Assembly (NCBI GenBank): GCA_965222115.1
Contig: CBDCTJ010000007.1
Coordinates: 2,112,001 to 2,176,000 of the forward strand
Direction of reading: 5' to 3'
DNA length: 64,000 nt
From: Planctomycetota bacterium
GTDB lineage: Bacteria; Planctomycetota; PLA2; JAEUHO01
In this document: piece by piece, positions 19,482-30,600 of the stretch
Numbering within the stretch: position 1 is the stretch's first letter
Layout: each line of letters opens with the position of its first letter
The notes under the pieces: generated by a model
The model's input: only the letters and a program-made list of their open reading frames with translations
Told to the model about the DNA's origin: nothing
Databases searched by the model: none
Position numbers and translations under genes: made by a program

Positions 19482-21263
19482 CTAGTCGTCGTCACTTGAC
19501 GTGGCTCTCTTGGGCTTCGTTGTGACCGTTTGACCTGCACGAATCGTGAAGCGGCCTCTATGGCGCAACCCATGATAGGTGACTTCGTAGTCGTACGTGC
19601 CGGGTCGAATGCGCTTGATAGTGGGCAAATCTCCCTCTTTCTCGATGTAGGCGCTCTTCTCGAACGATCTAATCTTGCTCGTGGCGCCCGATCGAGACGG
19701 CGTACCCATTCGAGTCAGCGAGACGTTTCTCCAGAGTATGCGGGCATGTCCATATCTCTCGTGCAGATGCACGTGCGCGCCTTCAAGGCGAAGTAGATCC
19801 CCGTCGCCACCACCGATGTCGAAGCGTACCTGGCCGGTGCGAGCGAGCTTGACCGTTCGCTTGGGTTCAATCAACTGTTTATCGTCATCGTAAGTGAGTG
19901 AAAGAAACGTATCGGCCCAGCCCGAACGTCCTTTGTCGTAGATCAGGATCAGGTGGTTGCATCCCGAAATGATCGGCACCATGACGCGGCCATCACGAAT
20001 CTCAAGCGTATGCTCGAACTCTGTTCGGTAGCCGTGCCAGTTCCGCGGCAATCGTGCATCGGCATAGTCTTCTCGTACGAATAACACGTTGACGCCCCGC
20101 GGGAGGCCTGCGTTCGCCTCAAACGCGAGCTCTAGCGTGTCTCGTCGTTCTTTCAATGGCTCAAGTGTGACGTTCACTTCGTGACGTCCGTCGGCAGGCG
20201 TAACAATTGTGTGATCCATGCGTTCGTAGCCAGGCGCGATGACACGAATCGGCATGTCAGTCCCTGCCGGAAGATTGATTTCGGCAGTGGGGATCATGCG
20301 GGTTCGGTCGGGCTCCGTCGACTTGAGTATCGCGTTGAGGTTGGTTGCGTGCGTTCTCCGTTGCACACCAGCCGCGTCGGTGTACTCGATCCTTGCTCGC
20401 AGGTCCATTGTGTTTGAAACGCTGCCACGCAAGTGAACTCTGACTAGCACCGAAATGAGGCGCGTACATCGAATCGTGACATCGTGGTCACCGGCGAACA
20501 CCGGCTTATCGACTACGGCCACTTCTTCGTGCCTCGAACCCAACGACAGCCGCACTTGTCCTTCTCGGAGCCCTTGAAACTCGAATCGCCCGTTCTTGTC
20601 GGCGATGGTGAATGTGGTTGTGGGCAAGAGCGCTTTCGTGAGCGCAGATTCGGTGTCGTCCTCGCTCACGGGCTCGATTGACACCGCCGTATTGGGGGCG
20701 GGCGTTACGCCATCGGCTTGAACCACGTGTCCGCGCACGGAGAGCCCAGCTTCCATTGGGATCTGAAGCGACATCACTCTCGATGCAGGAGGCAGGAGTA
20801 GATCACTCGACCACGCGGCATATCCGTTGGCGCGTACAACTAGATAGCCAGTGCCCTTTACAACGATCGATCCATGCCTGGGACCCATGAAGCTGTTGAG
20901 AACGTTCTTTGCGTTGTTCTTGTCTTCCTCCGGAACGAACACTGCACGTGCCCAGTGAGATGGTCCAGAAACACGGAAGCGAATGCGCCAAAGATCATCC
21001 GGCAACGACGACGGCGATAGGTTGTCGTAGAGCGCTATCAACGCTGCGGCACCTTCTGAATGGGCGTCGGCCACGACGTTGGGCTGCAAATGACTCGACG
21101 AGCGAAGACCAGGTGCAACCGCACTCTGTGCTGGTGCTGGTGCCGTGGAGTCCTCGTACCGACTCCGGGGAGCGTCGAAGGGGGATGCGAGCCACGCCAC
21201 ACATCCGATAGCGAGTAGCCCCAGTAAGACCCCCGCAATTCGCGTCTGTTTACGCCCACCCAT
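19482..21263 (-). CDS. Membrane-anchored protein with carboxypeptidase-regulatory-like domains
   Basis: N-terminal TM helix; VRGHVVQADG, ADKNGRFEFQGLREG and IRPGTYDY; TAGAGT 6 nt before the ATG. Confidence 0.75.
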   Translation of the reverse strand: MGGRKQTRIAGVLLGLLAIGCVAWLASPFDAPRSRYEDSTAPAPAQSAVAPGLRSSSHLQPNVVADAHSEGAAALIALYDNLSPSSLPDDLWRIRFRVSGPSHWARAVFVPEEDKNNAKNVLNSFMGPRHGSIVVKGTGYLVVRANGYAAWSSDLLLPPASRVMSLQIPMEAGLSVRGHVVQADGVTPAPNTAVSIEPVSEDDTESALTKALLPTTTFTIADKNGRFEFQGLREGQVRLSLGSRHEEVAVVDKPVFAGDHDVTIRCTRLISVLVRVHLRGSVSNTMDLRARIEYTDAAGVQRRTHATNLNAILKSTEPDRTRMIPTAEINLPAGTDMPIRVIAPGYERMDHTIVTPADGRHEVNVTLEPLKERRDTLELAFEANAGLPRGVNVLFVREDYADARLPRNWHGYRTEFEHTLEIRDGRVMVPIISGCNHLILIYDKGRSGWADTFLSLTYDDDKQLIEPKRTVKLARTGQVRFDIGGGDGDLLRLEGAHVHLHERYGHARILWRNVSLTRMGTPSRSGATSKIRSFEKSAYIEKEGDLPTIKRIRPGTYDYEVTYHGLRHRGRFTIRAGQTVTTKPKRATSSDDD

Positions 21264-21442
21264 GCGATCACTCTATCGCATCCATCGGGGCGGCGGGTCT
21301 TCAAACGTCCGCATCCATTGCACACGTATACAACCTGTTGTAGACTTGAATGATTCTTACCCCTACACCTTGAGGTTGGCGCGGGTGGGGGTCCCCCGCC
21401 GCAGGATGGCGGTTTCGAGGGAGTCTCCACGGGAGGACGCAC

Positions 21443-22567
21443 ATGCGTTGGTCTTGGATTGTGCTTGCGGCCGTGGTTGCGGCTGGGCTGATTGCCTTTC
21501 TTTCATCGCGCGATTCCGCGGACGATCACGCGCCGAAGGGCGACGCCACGAACGGGGACGTAGCGCTGAAGCGTGAAATTGCGGTGGAGAAGGCCTCTCC
21601 CACGAGTCGTCCCGATGAAGTTGCTAGGGAGCGAGGCGCCAAGGAACTCATTCAGTCCATTGCATCGGCACGCACCGCGGGCAAAAAAGACAAAGTGGCC
21701 GAGTACGAGGCACGACTTCGCAAGCAATCGTGGAATACGTTTACGGCCCGCCGCTATGCACTTCGCCAGGGCACCAACATGTTGGCTGAAGTGCGTGAAC
21801 TCGACGGCGTCAAGCGCGTTCAGCGAGCCCACGATGCGCGAGTCTTACTGTCACGCGCGGTCTACCTACCTGAGATGTTTGACAAACAGCGAAAGCCCAC
21901 CGCGCGTCGCGCGAATCTCATTCAGCGCATCGAAGAGTTGAACCAAATTGTAATGCGCTATCGTGATGGGCTCCCGGGTGTAACCGTGCCCTATGAAGTG
22001 GCGCCAGGCATGTCGCCGGTGCGCATCGTGTCACGCAAGAAATTACGCTGTGGCCATAACGCGATTCTGAAGTGGGTCATCCCAAGCCTCGACCCGCGCA
22101 AGTTACGCGCGGGTCAACTCTTGCAACTTCCGCAAGAAGAGCTAACGATTGAGGTGCACAAGACGCTCTTTCTCCTTGGTGTGTTCGTTGGCGATTGGTT
22201 TGTTACGGAATACCCCGTTGGCCACGGTCGAAAAGGCAAACCCACGCCCGAGGGCGTATTTACAGTCCACAGCAAAGATCGCAATCCCGATTGGTGGGCG
22301 CCCGATGGCGATGGCGGAACGCGTCGCATTCCGGCGGGTCACCCCGAGAATGAGCTGGGCGCGGTGTGGATCGCGCTTGAGGGCGGTCGGCTCACGCGTT
22401 CCGATGGCATTGGTATTCACGGCACCAACAAGCCCGAAACCGTGGGCACCAAGTGCAGTAACGGCTGCGTGCGCCTCGCCAATTCCGATGCCAAAGAAGT
22501 GTTCTGGTGGGTTCGCACAGGAAGTAAGGGCGGTCAGCCCACGCGGATCAAGATTTCTCGTTGGTAG
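21443..22567 (+). CDS. L,D-transpeptidase (YkuD family) with a LysM-like segment
   Basis: YPVGHG...PTPEG, NPDW, HPENELG, IGIHGT...CSNGCVRL catalytic His/Cys; LysM-like YEVAPG...LRAGQLLQLP; GGAGG RBS. Confidence 0.92.
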   Translation: MRWSWIVLAAVVAAGLIAFLSSRDSADDHAPKGDATNGDVALKREIAVEKASPTSRPDEVARERGAKELIQSIASARTAGKKDKVAEYEARLRKQSWNTFTARRYALRQGTNMLAEVRELDGVKRVQRAHDARVLLSRAVYLPEMFDKQRKPTARRANLIQRIEELNQIVMRYRDGLPGVTVPYEVAPGMSPVRIVSRKKLRCGHNAILKWVIPSLDPRKLRAGQLLQLPQEELTIEVHKTLFLLGVFVGDWFVTEYPVGHGRKGKPTPEGVFTVHSKDRNPDWWAPDGDGGTRRIPAGHPENELGAVWIALEGGRLTRSDGIGIHGTNKPETVGTKCSNGCVRLANSDAKEVFWWVRTGSKGGQPTRIKISRW

Positions 22568-22841
22568 AGAGGTCTTGAACGCTTCGGGAAACGCGGAAAA
22601 GTGCTCGCAAGCCTGCAAACAACCCGGCGGTTACCAAAATGCCGGTCACGGTCAGCCCTACCGCATAAGGGCCGATACCGAGCCAAGCCATTAGGTCTCT
22701 GTCCGATTCAAGAACGTATCGACCGAATGGAATCGCCAATAAGACGACGATGCCAATGCCCACCGCTGCAGAGAAGATCAGCAGGGCTAACTCAAGTTTG
22801 GTATCGCGCTTGTCCCTAGAGTATCGAAAGTCGATGAACAT
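22548..22841 (-). CDS. Small two-TM hypothetical protein
   Basis: 97-aa ORF with two hydrophobic stretches filling the gap between genes. Confidence 0.5.
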   Translation of the reverse strand: MFIDFRYSRDKRDTKLELALLIFSAAVGIGIVVLLAIPFGRYVLESDRDLMAWLGIGPYAVGLTVTGILVTAGLFAGLRALFRVSRSVQDLSTNEKS

Positions 22842-22909
22842 TTGGTTGTCTCTTTGACAGTAGGAAATGTCGGTCTGCTCATGCTACATCGACCTGTACC
22901 ATCGCTTCG

Positions 22910-23260
22910 ATGAGCCCTCGCCTCGTCTATTCCACTGACCGTGGACGTATCTGCCCCAGCTGCAATCGTCTTCAGACCGCGTGCCGCTGTAGGAAGAGCA
23001 AGGCACCACAGATGCCTTCAGGCGGCGTTGTCCGCGTGTCGCGATCCACAAAGGGACGCAAGGGGAAGGGCGTTACGCTCATCACGGGAGTCCCTTTGGT
23101 GGGGAATGAACTGAAGGCGTTCGCGAAGAAGCTCAAGGCGAAGTGCGGCGCGGGCGGGGCCCTGAAGGACGGCGTCATCGAGATTCAGGGCGACCATCGC
23201 GACGCGCTGGTACCACTTCTCGAGGCGAAGGGGTGGGCGGTCAAGCGGGCGGGCGGTTAG
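22910..23260 (+). CDS. yciH: SUI1/YciH translation initiation factor
   Basis: LVYSTD, KGRKGKGVTLITG, LKAKCGAGG, IEIQGDHRD, KRAGG. Confidence 0.95.
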   Translation: MSPRLVYSTDRGRICPSCNRLQTACRCRKSKAPQMPSGGVVRVSRSTKGRKGKGVTLITGVPLVGNELKAFAKKLKAKCGAGGALKDGVIEIQGDHRDALVPLLEAKGWAVKRAGG

Positions 23261-24416
23261 CTGACTCGCGGCGTGCACCGTGACGCTTGCCGATTTCGTA
23301 ACGTAGCCAACGACATTCGATGGGCCCATTCATCACAGGAATGCGGCGACTCGTTCGTAGGCCCAAATGGCGCGTCAAGGATTTGTCGCCACTCAATACC
23401 CACGCCGTCGCACCGGCGCAGGCGCCATGCAAGAAGTTGCCCAGCGAGCGCCACGCGTCCACCACGTCCTCGCCTTCGCCCAGGCGCTTCCCGTAGGGGG
23501 GATTGGTCACCACAACCCGGGGCGAATTGCTCGGCGCGAAGGACCGCGCGTCGCTGTGATCCAAACGAATGAACTCGCCCACGCCAGCGGCATTCATGCT
23601 GTCACGCGCGATGCGAAGGGCGCCTCCATGGATGTCGGCGCCTTCGAGGCACACCGAAGGACTCGGTCGCACACGCGCTTCTGCGTCGTCTCGAACCGTC
23701 TTGACCACGGCGGGTTCGGCGTCGATCCACCGCTCGTAGGCAAACGACCGCGTGAGCCCTGGTGCGCGGTCCATGGCGATCCACGCCGCCTCAATCAAGA
23801 AGGTCGCCGATCCGCACATGGGATCCACAAGGGTGGTGGATGGATCCCACTCAGAGAGCAGAAGCAGCCCGGCCGCTGTGGCTTCGTTGAGTGGGCTCTT
23901 GACTTGCTGTAGTCGATAGCCGCGTTTGTGGAGACTCCGTCCCGCGAGGTCGCGGTAGAGCTGAAGGCGATCCCGAATCAAGACGGCTTTAAGCGGGGCG
24001 TCCGGCGTTCTGGTGTCGATGTTTGGTCGCGCGCCCTTTACATCGCGGATGGCATCCACAACCGCGTCCTTGATGCGCAGCGCAACAAATCCAGAATGAT
24101 TGAGTGACTCGGTATTGCGGGTTGTCGCAAAGACAGCCATCGTTTGCTCGGGCGCGATCCACTCGGCCCACGGCAGTCGCCGAACGGCATCGTAAAGATC
24201 GTCAGTATCGTGAACCTCGGCATCGGTGAGCAACTCTTGAACACGAATGGCACTACGCAGCCACATACATGCTCGATAGCCAAGGGCGCGGTCGCCGCGA
24301 AAGGCCACACCGCCCGGACGCCGGTCGAGGGCATCCGCGCCGAGCGCAACGAGCTCAGATTCAAGCGCCGGTTCGAGGCCCCGTGTGCATGCGGCAAAGT
24401 ACTCGATGTTTACCAT
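23241..24416 (-). CDS. THUMP-domain class I SAM-dependent RNA methyltransferase (RlmL-like)
   Basis: FAACTRGLE, IKDAVVD, SLHKRGYR, PLNEATAAGLL, DPMCGSATFLIEAA, NPPYGKRL. Confidence 0.92.
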   Translation of the reverse strand: MVNIEYFAACTRGLEPALESELVALGADALDRRPGGVAFRGDRALGYRACMWLRSAIRVQELLTDAEVHDTDDLYDAVRRLPWAEWIAPEQTMAVFATTRNTESLNHSGFVALRIKDAVVDAIRDVKGARPNIDTRTPDAPLKAVLIRDRLQLYRDLAGRSLHKRGYRLQQVKSPLNEATAAGLLLLSEWDPSTTLVDPMCGSATFLIEAAWIAMDRAPGLTRSFAYERWIDAEPAVVKTVRDDAEARVRPSPSVCLEGADIHGGALRIARDSMNAAGVGEFIRLDHSDARSFAPSNSPRVVVTNPPYGKRLGEGEDVVDAWRSLGNFLHGACAGATAWVLSGDKSLTRHLGLRTSRRIPVMNGPIECRWLRYEIGKRHGARRESANRPPA

Positions 24417-24455
24417 AAATGCTGTCAATCGATATTGTGGCCAATACGTGAAGCG

Positions 24456-26390
24456 CTACTCTACACGTCGAATCTCTGCCGACTCTTTACTTTCGACCAC
24501 AATCTCTTCGGGCGTAGACGATCCCTCTACCTCGCGCTCGAAAACGATGTTCACCGTTGAGGAGACGATGGATTTCGTAGGGACGAGCTTGCGTAAATCG
24601 ATTTCCTTCGATTCTGTGCCTGATGAACGAAGATGTTTGAGCGTAGAAATCACCCGCCCCGTTTTTGGATCACGCTGATGTTGGCGGGGCGCCATGAGCT
24701 CGGTCGTTGCCGACAATGTCAATCGGTTCCCTTCGATGCGCTCCAAGGTGTAGGTATTAATGGCACTAAGTCGCATGTTGGCTATCGATTTGTCGTATCG
24801 AACATCCCACACCGCGCCGACACCGATGGGCTCCTTTGGAAAAATCGTACTCAGTTGACGTTCCAGTAGTTCTGCCGAAAACCGACTCGGTCCCGCTCGG
24901 CGATCCCTAGCCGCGCGACGTTTTGAGCGTGATCTCGGCCTCCGCCTTCCCGGTTGTCCATCGTCCTTCGTTCTCGATAGATCGCCGCGGGGCGTGACGT
25001 GATAAGAGACGCGCGTTTTGGCGAGCTGGGCTCGTGCGTGCTTCAGCGATTGCAACTCCACTTCTGTCGCTGACTCAGGTGCGGAAAACACAAGGTCGCG
25101 AAACTTGCAGTCGGCCCGGTATCCTTGACCCTTGTGTGCCCGCCGAATTTGCACGTCCGCTTCCAGTCGCATGGATGGTGATTCTCGGCGATCCGATGGT
25201 TGCTTTGTGTCGAGTTCGGACGATCCGCTTATGTGGGCGTCCTGCTTGAGTTGGAACGACACCCGTTCTTCGCTGGGTGTCGCGATCCGATAGCGCAGCT
25301 TTTGCCGCGGTTCGCGGCCCGCCTGCACAAGCGTCACGCGTTCGGTCGAATCGTTGGATGCTGTGTCGGGATCGGTCGCGGTATCTGACCCTTGGTTTGA
25401 AAGAGTAAGGGCGAGCACCACAAGCCCGGTGATTGCCGCAATCGCGGCAAGGGCAACAAGCATCTTTGAAAAAGATGTTATTGCTGGAGCCGTGGAGCCC
25501 TTGGACTCCTTTGATGGGAGCACTTGTTCTGCGAACTCGGTACACGTTGCGAAGCGGTCAGCGGGATTGCGAGCGATAGCGCGCATGATCGCCTGTGCAG
25601 ACGCATCGTTCAATGACGGTAAGTGCTCTCCAATGTGAACGGGGTCATCGCGCTCCTTCTTGAGAAGAAGTGCGACGAGGGTGTCGGCCTCGTAGGGGGT
25701 CTTCCCCGTAAGAGATTCGTACAGCGTTGAAGCGAGTGCGTATTGGTCGGCGCGACCATCAACCGTATGGCCGATGGCCTGTTCGGGGGCCATGTACTTG
25801 GGCGATCCAACGCCCGCACCATCAAGTGTTAGGGCGAGATCTTCATCATCCAGCGCCTTTACTACGCCGAAGTCAGAAAGAAAGACGTGCCCAGCTTCGT
25901 CGAACAATATGTTGGCGGGTTTCACGTCGCGATGAACCACGCCGCGCGCGTGAACGAAGTCAAGCGTCTGTGCGATCGTGGAGAGCCACCCAAAACTCTC
26001 CGCTTCAGAGAGCCCTGCCTCGGCGTGGGCGAGTCGGTCTTCTAGGCTGCCGCCGCCTAGAAACTGCAGTACAAAGAAGGGGATGTCATCGTGTTCGCCT
26101 TGCGCCAGAATGCGGGCGATGTTGGGGTGCTCCAGCCGTACGAGTTCGTTCACTTCCTTTTGAAACCGCTCGCGGAACCCCGCTTCACCCAGAAAGCGAG
26201 CGTGTGGCACTTTGACCACAACGGGGCGTTTGAGATTCTCGTCCTCCGCCAGGTACACCGAGCCCATCGCGCCATCTGCAAGCTTCTCGCGCACGACGTA
26301 GTTGTCGAGCAAGCGTGTGCCCGTCATGTCCACAACGAATCGACTCGACGCGGACTCCGAGTCCTTTCCGGCATCGTCTGATGGACACAT
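24456..26390 (-). CDS. Membrane Ser/Thr protein kinase with extracytoplasmic C-terminal domain
   Basis: GAMGSVYLA, VVKV, HPNI, HRDVKPANIL, DFG, YMAPEQ and DQYAL; TM helix LVALAAIAAITGLVVLAL. Confidence 0.93.
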   Translation of the reverse strand: MCPSDDAGKDSESASSRFVVDMTGTRLLDNYVVREKLADGAMGSVYLAEDENLKRPVVVKVPHARFLGEAGFRERFQKEVNELVRLEHPNIARILAQGEHDDIPFFVLQFLGGGSLEDRLAHAEAGLSEAESFGWLSTIAQTLDFVHARGVVHRDVKPANILFDEAGHVFLSDFGVVKALDDEDLALTLDGAGVGSPKYMAPEQAIGHTVDGRADQYALASTLYESLTGKTPYEADTLVALLLKKERDDPVHIGEHLPSLNDASAQAIMRAIARNPADRFATCTEFAEQVLPSKESKGSTAPAITSFSKMLVALAAIAAITGLVVLALTLSNQGSDTATDPDTASNDSTERVTLVQAGREPRQKLRYRIATPSEERVSFQLKQDAHISGSSELDTKQPSDRRESPSMRLEADVQIRRAHKGQGYRADCKFRDLVFSAPESATEVELQSLKHARAQLAKTRVSYHVTPRGDLSRTKDDGQPGRRRPRSRSKRRAARDRRAGPSRFSAELLERQLSTIFPKEPIGVGAVWDVRYDKSIANMRLSAINTYTLERIEGNRLTLSATTELMAPRQHQRDPKTGRVISTLKHLRSSGTESKEIDLRKLVPTKSIVSSTVNIVFEREVEGSSTPEEIVVESKESAEIRRVE

Positions 26391-26644
26391 GGGGGATCGT
26401 ACTCGCGGAGTGGGTGTGACGCCTCGACACCCCAATTGACGCCGAGTCCCGACACGATAGCCGAATGCTCCGGGCGGGAGGTGTGAACTCTCGGACAAGG
26501 CGTCCCGCCGTCCGCAAAGGGAATCGGCTTAGCTGTTGCCGTACGAATTCTTGAACCGATTTCTCGATCGACTCCGACTCATGTATAGCGCTCAGCCGCG
26601 ACGGCGAGCCGTTGACCACGAATCGCAACCAAGGAGATCTGACC

Positions 26645-27442
26645 ATGAACTCAATCTTGACCATCGCCTGCCTTACGGTAGGCGTCGTTGCCGCAGGTGG
26701 CTGGGCTGTGTATGCGGCCACGAGCACTGACGACGAGGCCACGGTCGCACATCGCCTGGACCTGATGGCCAAGGCCGACGAGTCGCTCAAGAAGATCGAA
26801 GCCAAATCCATCGCAATGGGGAAACGCATCGAAGCGCTTGAAGCGCGCGTTGTTCCGACGCTCGAGAGTCGTGCTCCTCGTTCGACGAAGGCATTCGAAG
26901 CGCGGGTTCTCGCGAAGCTAGACGAACAAATCGACGAACGCGTTCGTGCACAGATCGATGAGCGGGTAACCGAGGCCGTTCGCGAGCAGATTAAGGCGCT
27001 TCCTACCGTGCCCATGGGTCCTAACGGTGCTGGTTCGCCGGCCTTCCTTGCTGACGCTTCACCCATGAAGGTGCTACCCCTCTCCGAGATTGCGCGCGAA
27101 CTTGGACTTACGTCTCAGGAAGAGAATCAGTTGCGCGAACTCGAAGAAGATCTAGCAAGCAAGGCGCTAGAACTGTTCGTTGATGAGGGCGAGAGCGTCG
27201 CGTCGTTCAAGGAGAGAATCGCCACCGCGCAGGGGGATCGAACGAAAACGGAAGCGCTCCAAGCGAGTGTAGTGTCGAAGATGGTGACAAACATCCCCAA
27301 GGTCTTTCAGCTCAAGCAGCAACGCTCTCGAAAGGGCGAAGAGCTCCTCGGCAAGGATCGCTGGAACAAGTACGACAATGGGTACCAACCCAGCGACATC
27401 GACGTTGGCGGGCTTGACAAGCTCATGTCGTTCGGTGAGTAG
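26645..27442 (+). CDS. Membrane-anchored coiled-coil hypothetical protein
   Basis: AAGGAGA RBS; N-terminal TM helix, coiled coil, ELGLTSQEENQLREL segment. Confidence 0.8.
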   Translation: MNSILTIACLTVGVVAAGGWAVYAATSTDDEATVAHRLDLMAKADESLKKIEAKSIAMGKRIEALEARVVPTLESRAPRSTKAFEARVLAKLDEQIDERVRAQIDERVTEAVREQIKALPTVPMGPNGAGSPAFLADASPMKVLPLSEIARELGLTSQEENQLRELEEDLASKALELFVDEGESVASFKERIATAQGDRTKTEALQASVVSKMVTNIPKVFQLKQQRSRKGEELLGKDRWNKYDNGYQPSDIDVGGLDKLMSFGE

Positions 27443-27610
27443 TTCGCGAATCACCGGCGGAACGACGCCCCCATGCTTCTCTAATCTACCGGCCGTGCAG
27501 CCCTGGCCGGCTTTGCGCGCTTCTCCTGCACGTAGGGTGAGGCGCGCAGCGCACTTTGTGGAGTCTGCTTGAGCCGGAAAAGCCCACAAGACAATATTCC
27601 CTCGCTTCCC

Positions 27611-30600
27611 ATGGACCATGCCACGGCATCGGACCTTTTGGCGGACCACACCGATTTCGTGCGTGCGGTGGCGCGTGCCATCGTGCGTGATGCACATCTG
27701 GCGGAAGACGTTGCGCAAGAGACGTTTGTGGCTGCGATGCGCAGGGCTCCCAAGCGGCATGACGCGAAGCGATCCTGGCTAGCAAGCATCGCTCGACATC
27801 GGGCCATCGATACACTTCGTGCACGGCGTGCCGCGTTTGATCGCGAACTTCAGGTTGGGTCTCGTGCCAATCGACCCACGTTGCAAGCCAGCCTTCGTCG
27901 AGCAGAAATCGGGCGGCAACTCGCGGAAGCCTTGTTGGCGCTCGAAGCGCGCTATCGCGATGTCATTGTGCTTCGCTACTACGAGGATCTCCCGCCCCGT
28001 GTCATTGCTAAGCGCCTAAACGTGCCGGTCGAAACGGTTCGAACGCGGCATCGACGAGGACTGGATCACTTGCGGACTGAATTCGAGCGCATGCACGGCA
28101 ACGATCGATCACGCGCGATGGGTGCCCTCGCAAGCTTGGGTTGGTTCGCTCGATCGGCCTCGGTCGTGGGGCGTGTAGGGCAATGGGTTGCGTCTCACGC
28201 TAGCGTGGGGGTTGTTGCGACTCTAGTGGTCGTTCCTCTCATTATTGTGGCTGTTCTTTCGAGACCTCAAGATTCTGGCCCAAGGCGTATCACCGTGGAT
28301 AGCGCTAAGGATGGGACCCATATCGTCAACAACGACGCATCCGAAACGCCGACCCGATTGACAACCCAAGGCCATGTCGCGATCGATTCATCCGTCCTCA
28401 AACGACGTTCGTCGCCACTTGTGAGAGACCATCACGTCGGTCGCGTTCTTGAAGGTGTTGTACGAAGTGTGGACGGGGTGCCCCTATCCGGAGCTCACGT
28501 ACGACTTCTCGCTAGCTCGAATGACGGGCCGATGGGCGGTACCATGCCGATCCCGGGGCGCACCGATCGCCATGCAGGCATTCGCGCGGAAGCGAAGACG
28601 AACGTTGCCGGCGAGTACTCACTTCCGGACGTGCCCGCGGGCCACTACTCTCTCGCTGTGACGAAACGCGGGTTCGTCGGTCAACGAGCTCGAATCGGCA
28701 TCGCGCCTACACAACGAATACTACGTCCTATTGATATGGCGCTCGTGCCCTCGCATGCACGTCGTGGCGTGCTTCGAGATGCGGCGGGCAACCCGGTCGA
28801 AGGGGCGCGCGTATCGTGTCGATCGCTCAACGTATTGCCCATGGGCGCTGAGAGCGGCGAAACGGTTGTTCACGAAACCGATGAAGCCGGACACTTCGTG
28901 TTTGAGCAAATTCGCGGCGCGACCAAGGTAGCCCTCTTTGTTGTGGCGCCCGGATTTCCCCCCACATCCTTCCAGGTCAACCACAATACGGAGTTCGTAA
29001 TCAATCGCGGCGTCGAGCGTGTGGTTCGCTTCATCGAACGAGATGGGGGCCAACCTGTAGTCAACGCGGATGTCTACATGACGCTCATGGACACGGTGCT
29101 CGGTCGAGAACGCACGAGGACGATCTATGTTCAGGGTAAAACAAATCTGCGAGGGGAACTCTCGTTTAGGTGCGCCCGATCCGACGTTGTGTCGGTCACG
29201 CTCAATCACGCGCATCGCGGTACGTTCGCCTATGCACCCATGACACCGCTGGGCATCACGTCTGGCGGACTGACGCCTATCTCACCATTGGCGTTGACAC
29301 CCGAGCGCGATGCCGTCACGTTCTCCGTCGCGCCGTCCATCGAGTTGACGGGTCGAGTACTCACACCGAAAGGGTCGTCGACGAAGAATGCACGCGTGTT
29401 CTTCCGCGATGGGCCCTTTCAAGAACGAGTGATTGCCGTCGACGCTGATGGTCGGTTTCGCACGCGGTTCGCATCTTCCACGACGCCGATCGGGACACGG
29501 TTGATCTGGGCAACATCGCCGGGGCAGCGCACTTCTGCGATCAATGTTGACCGCATCGTGGAGGACCGTGCGAAGACGTCACGTCACGTGGATCTACAGC
29601 TAGGGCCCGCATTGTCATTGCGTGGCCGTCTGGTGGACGAGCAATCCACCCCGATCTCGGGCGCAACCATCGAAGTGCGGCAGATTCATGGCGCTGTACA
29701 GATGCTGGGCAGCGCGCCGGGTCGAGGCGTTAGCGATGACAAAGGCGCATTTGTCATACCCGATTTCATGCACAAAGACGCGGCCGTACTTCTGCGCGTT
29801 GATCACTCCGACTATCCGGTCTTGGAAGAATCGTCATTCTTGTCCATGGCTGATGCGCGATCGCGAGTGCAGACCATCGTCCTGCGCCGCGGGGCCCCGT
29901 GTGTCCTTCACGTCGTGGATCATCTGGGAGATCCCGTTCCGTACTGCCACGTCGCTTGGCAACCTCAAGAGTTGGCAGCGTCCGGACATCCCAATCCTCC
30001 ATCGGGCGAGCAAGCTGTCACAGCGAGTCAGTTGGGCACCGTGACGCTTTCCCGCCTTGCGCCTGGCAAACACACGTTCTCGTTGACGCACGAGCGGCAC
30101 GGCACCACTACCGTGCAAGCGATCGTACCGACGTACAGCGACGGTGAAGAACACCATATCCACCTACGAATGAAGCCGGGGCTACGGAGAAGCGGCGTTG
30201 TGATGTCTCGAGGCGAGCCTGTACGTGGTGCGCGTGTGTCCGTTTCGCGAGAGTCAAGCGACATTACAGATATCATCGCGTTGGTGATGGGGCGAGAGCC
30301 GCTCTCCGGCGTCGTGACGGGCGTTGACGGTGTCTTTGATCTTCCCGTAGTTGCCGATGACGCGCGGCTCGTGGTCCGTCACCGAGGCTATTACCACGAG
30401 ACGCTGAACCTTCGAGACGTTCCTGGCGATGTGCGTATTGAACTTCGACCGCTAAGCGATTCCGATCGAGAGCGCGTCGCGGAACTCGAACGCAAGCGAG
30501 CGGCACTCATGAAACAACTTGCTCCCACCCGTCCCAAGGAGAGTGTCAGCTTCGCCACAATGGCGCGCGTGGCGGCGATCACTCGTGACGTATTGAAAAT

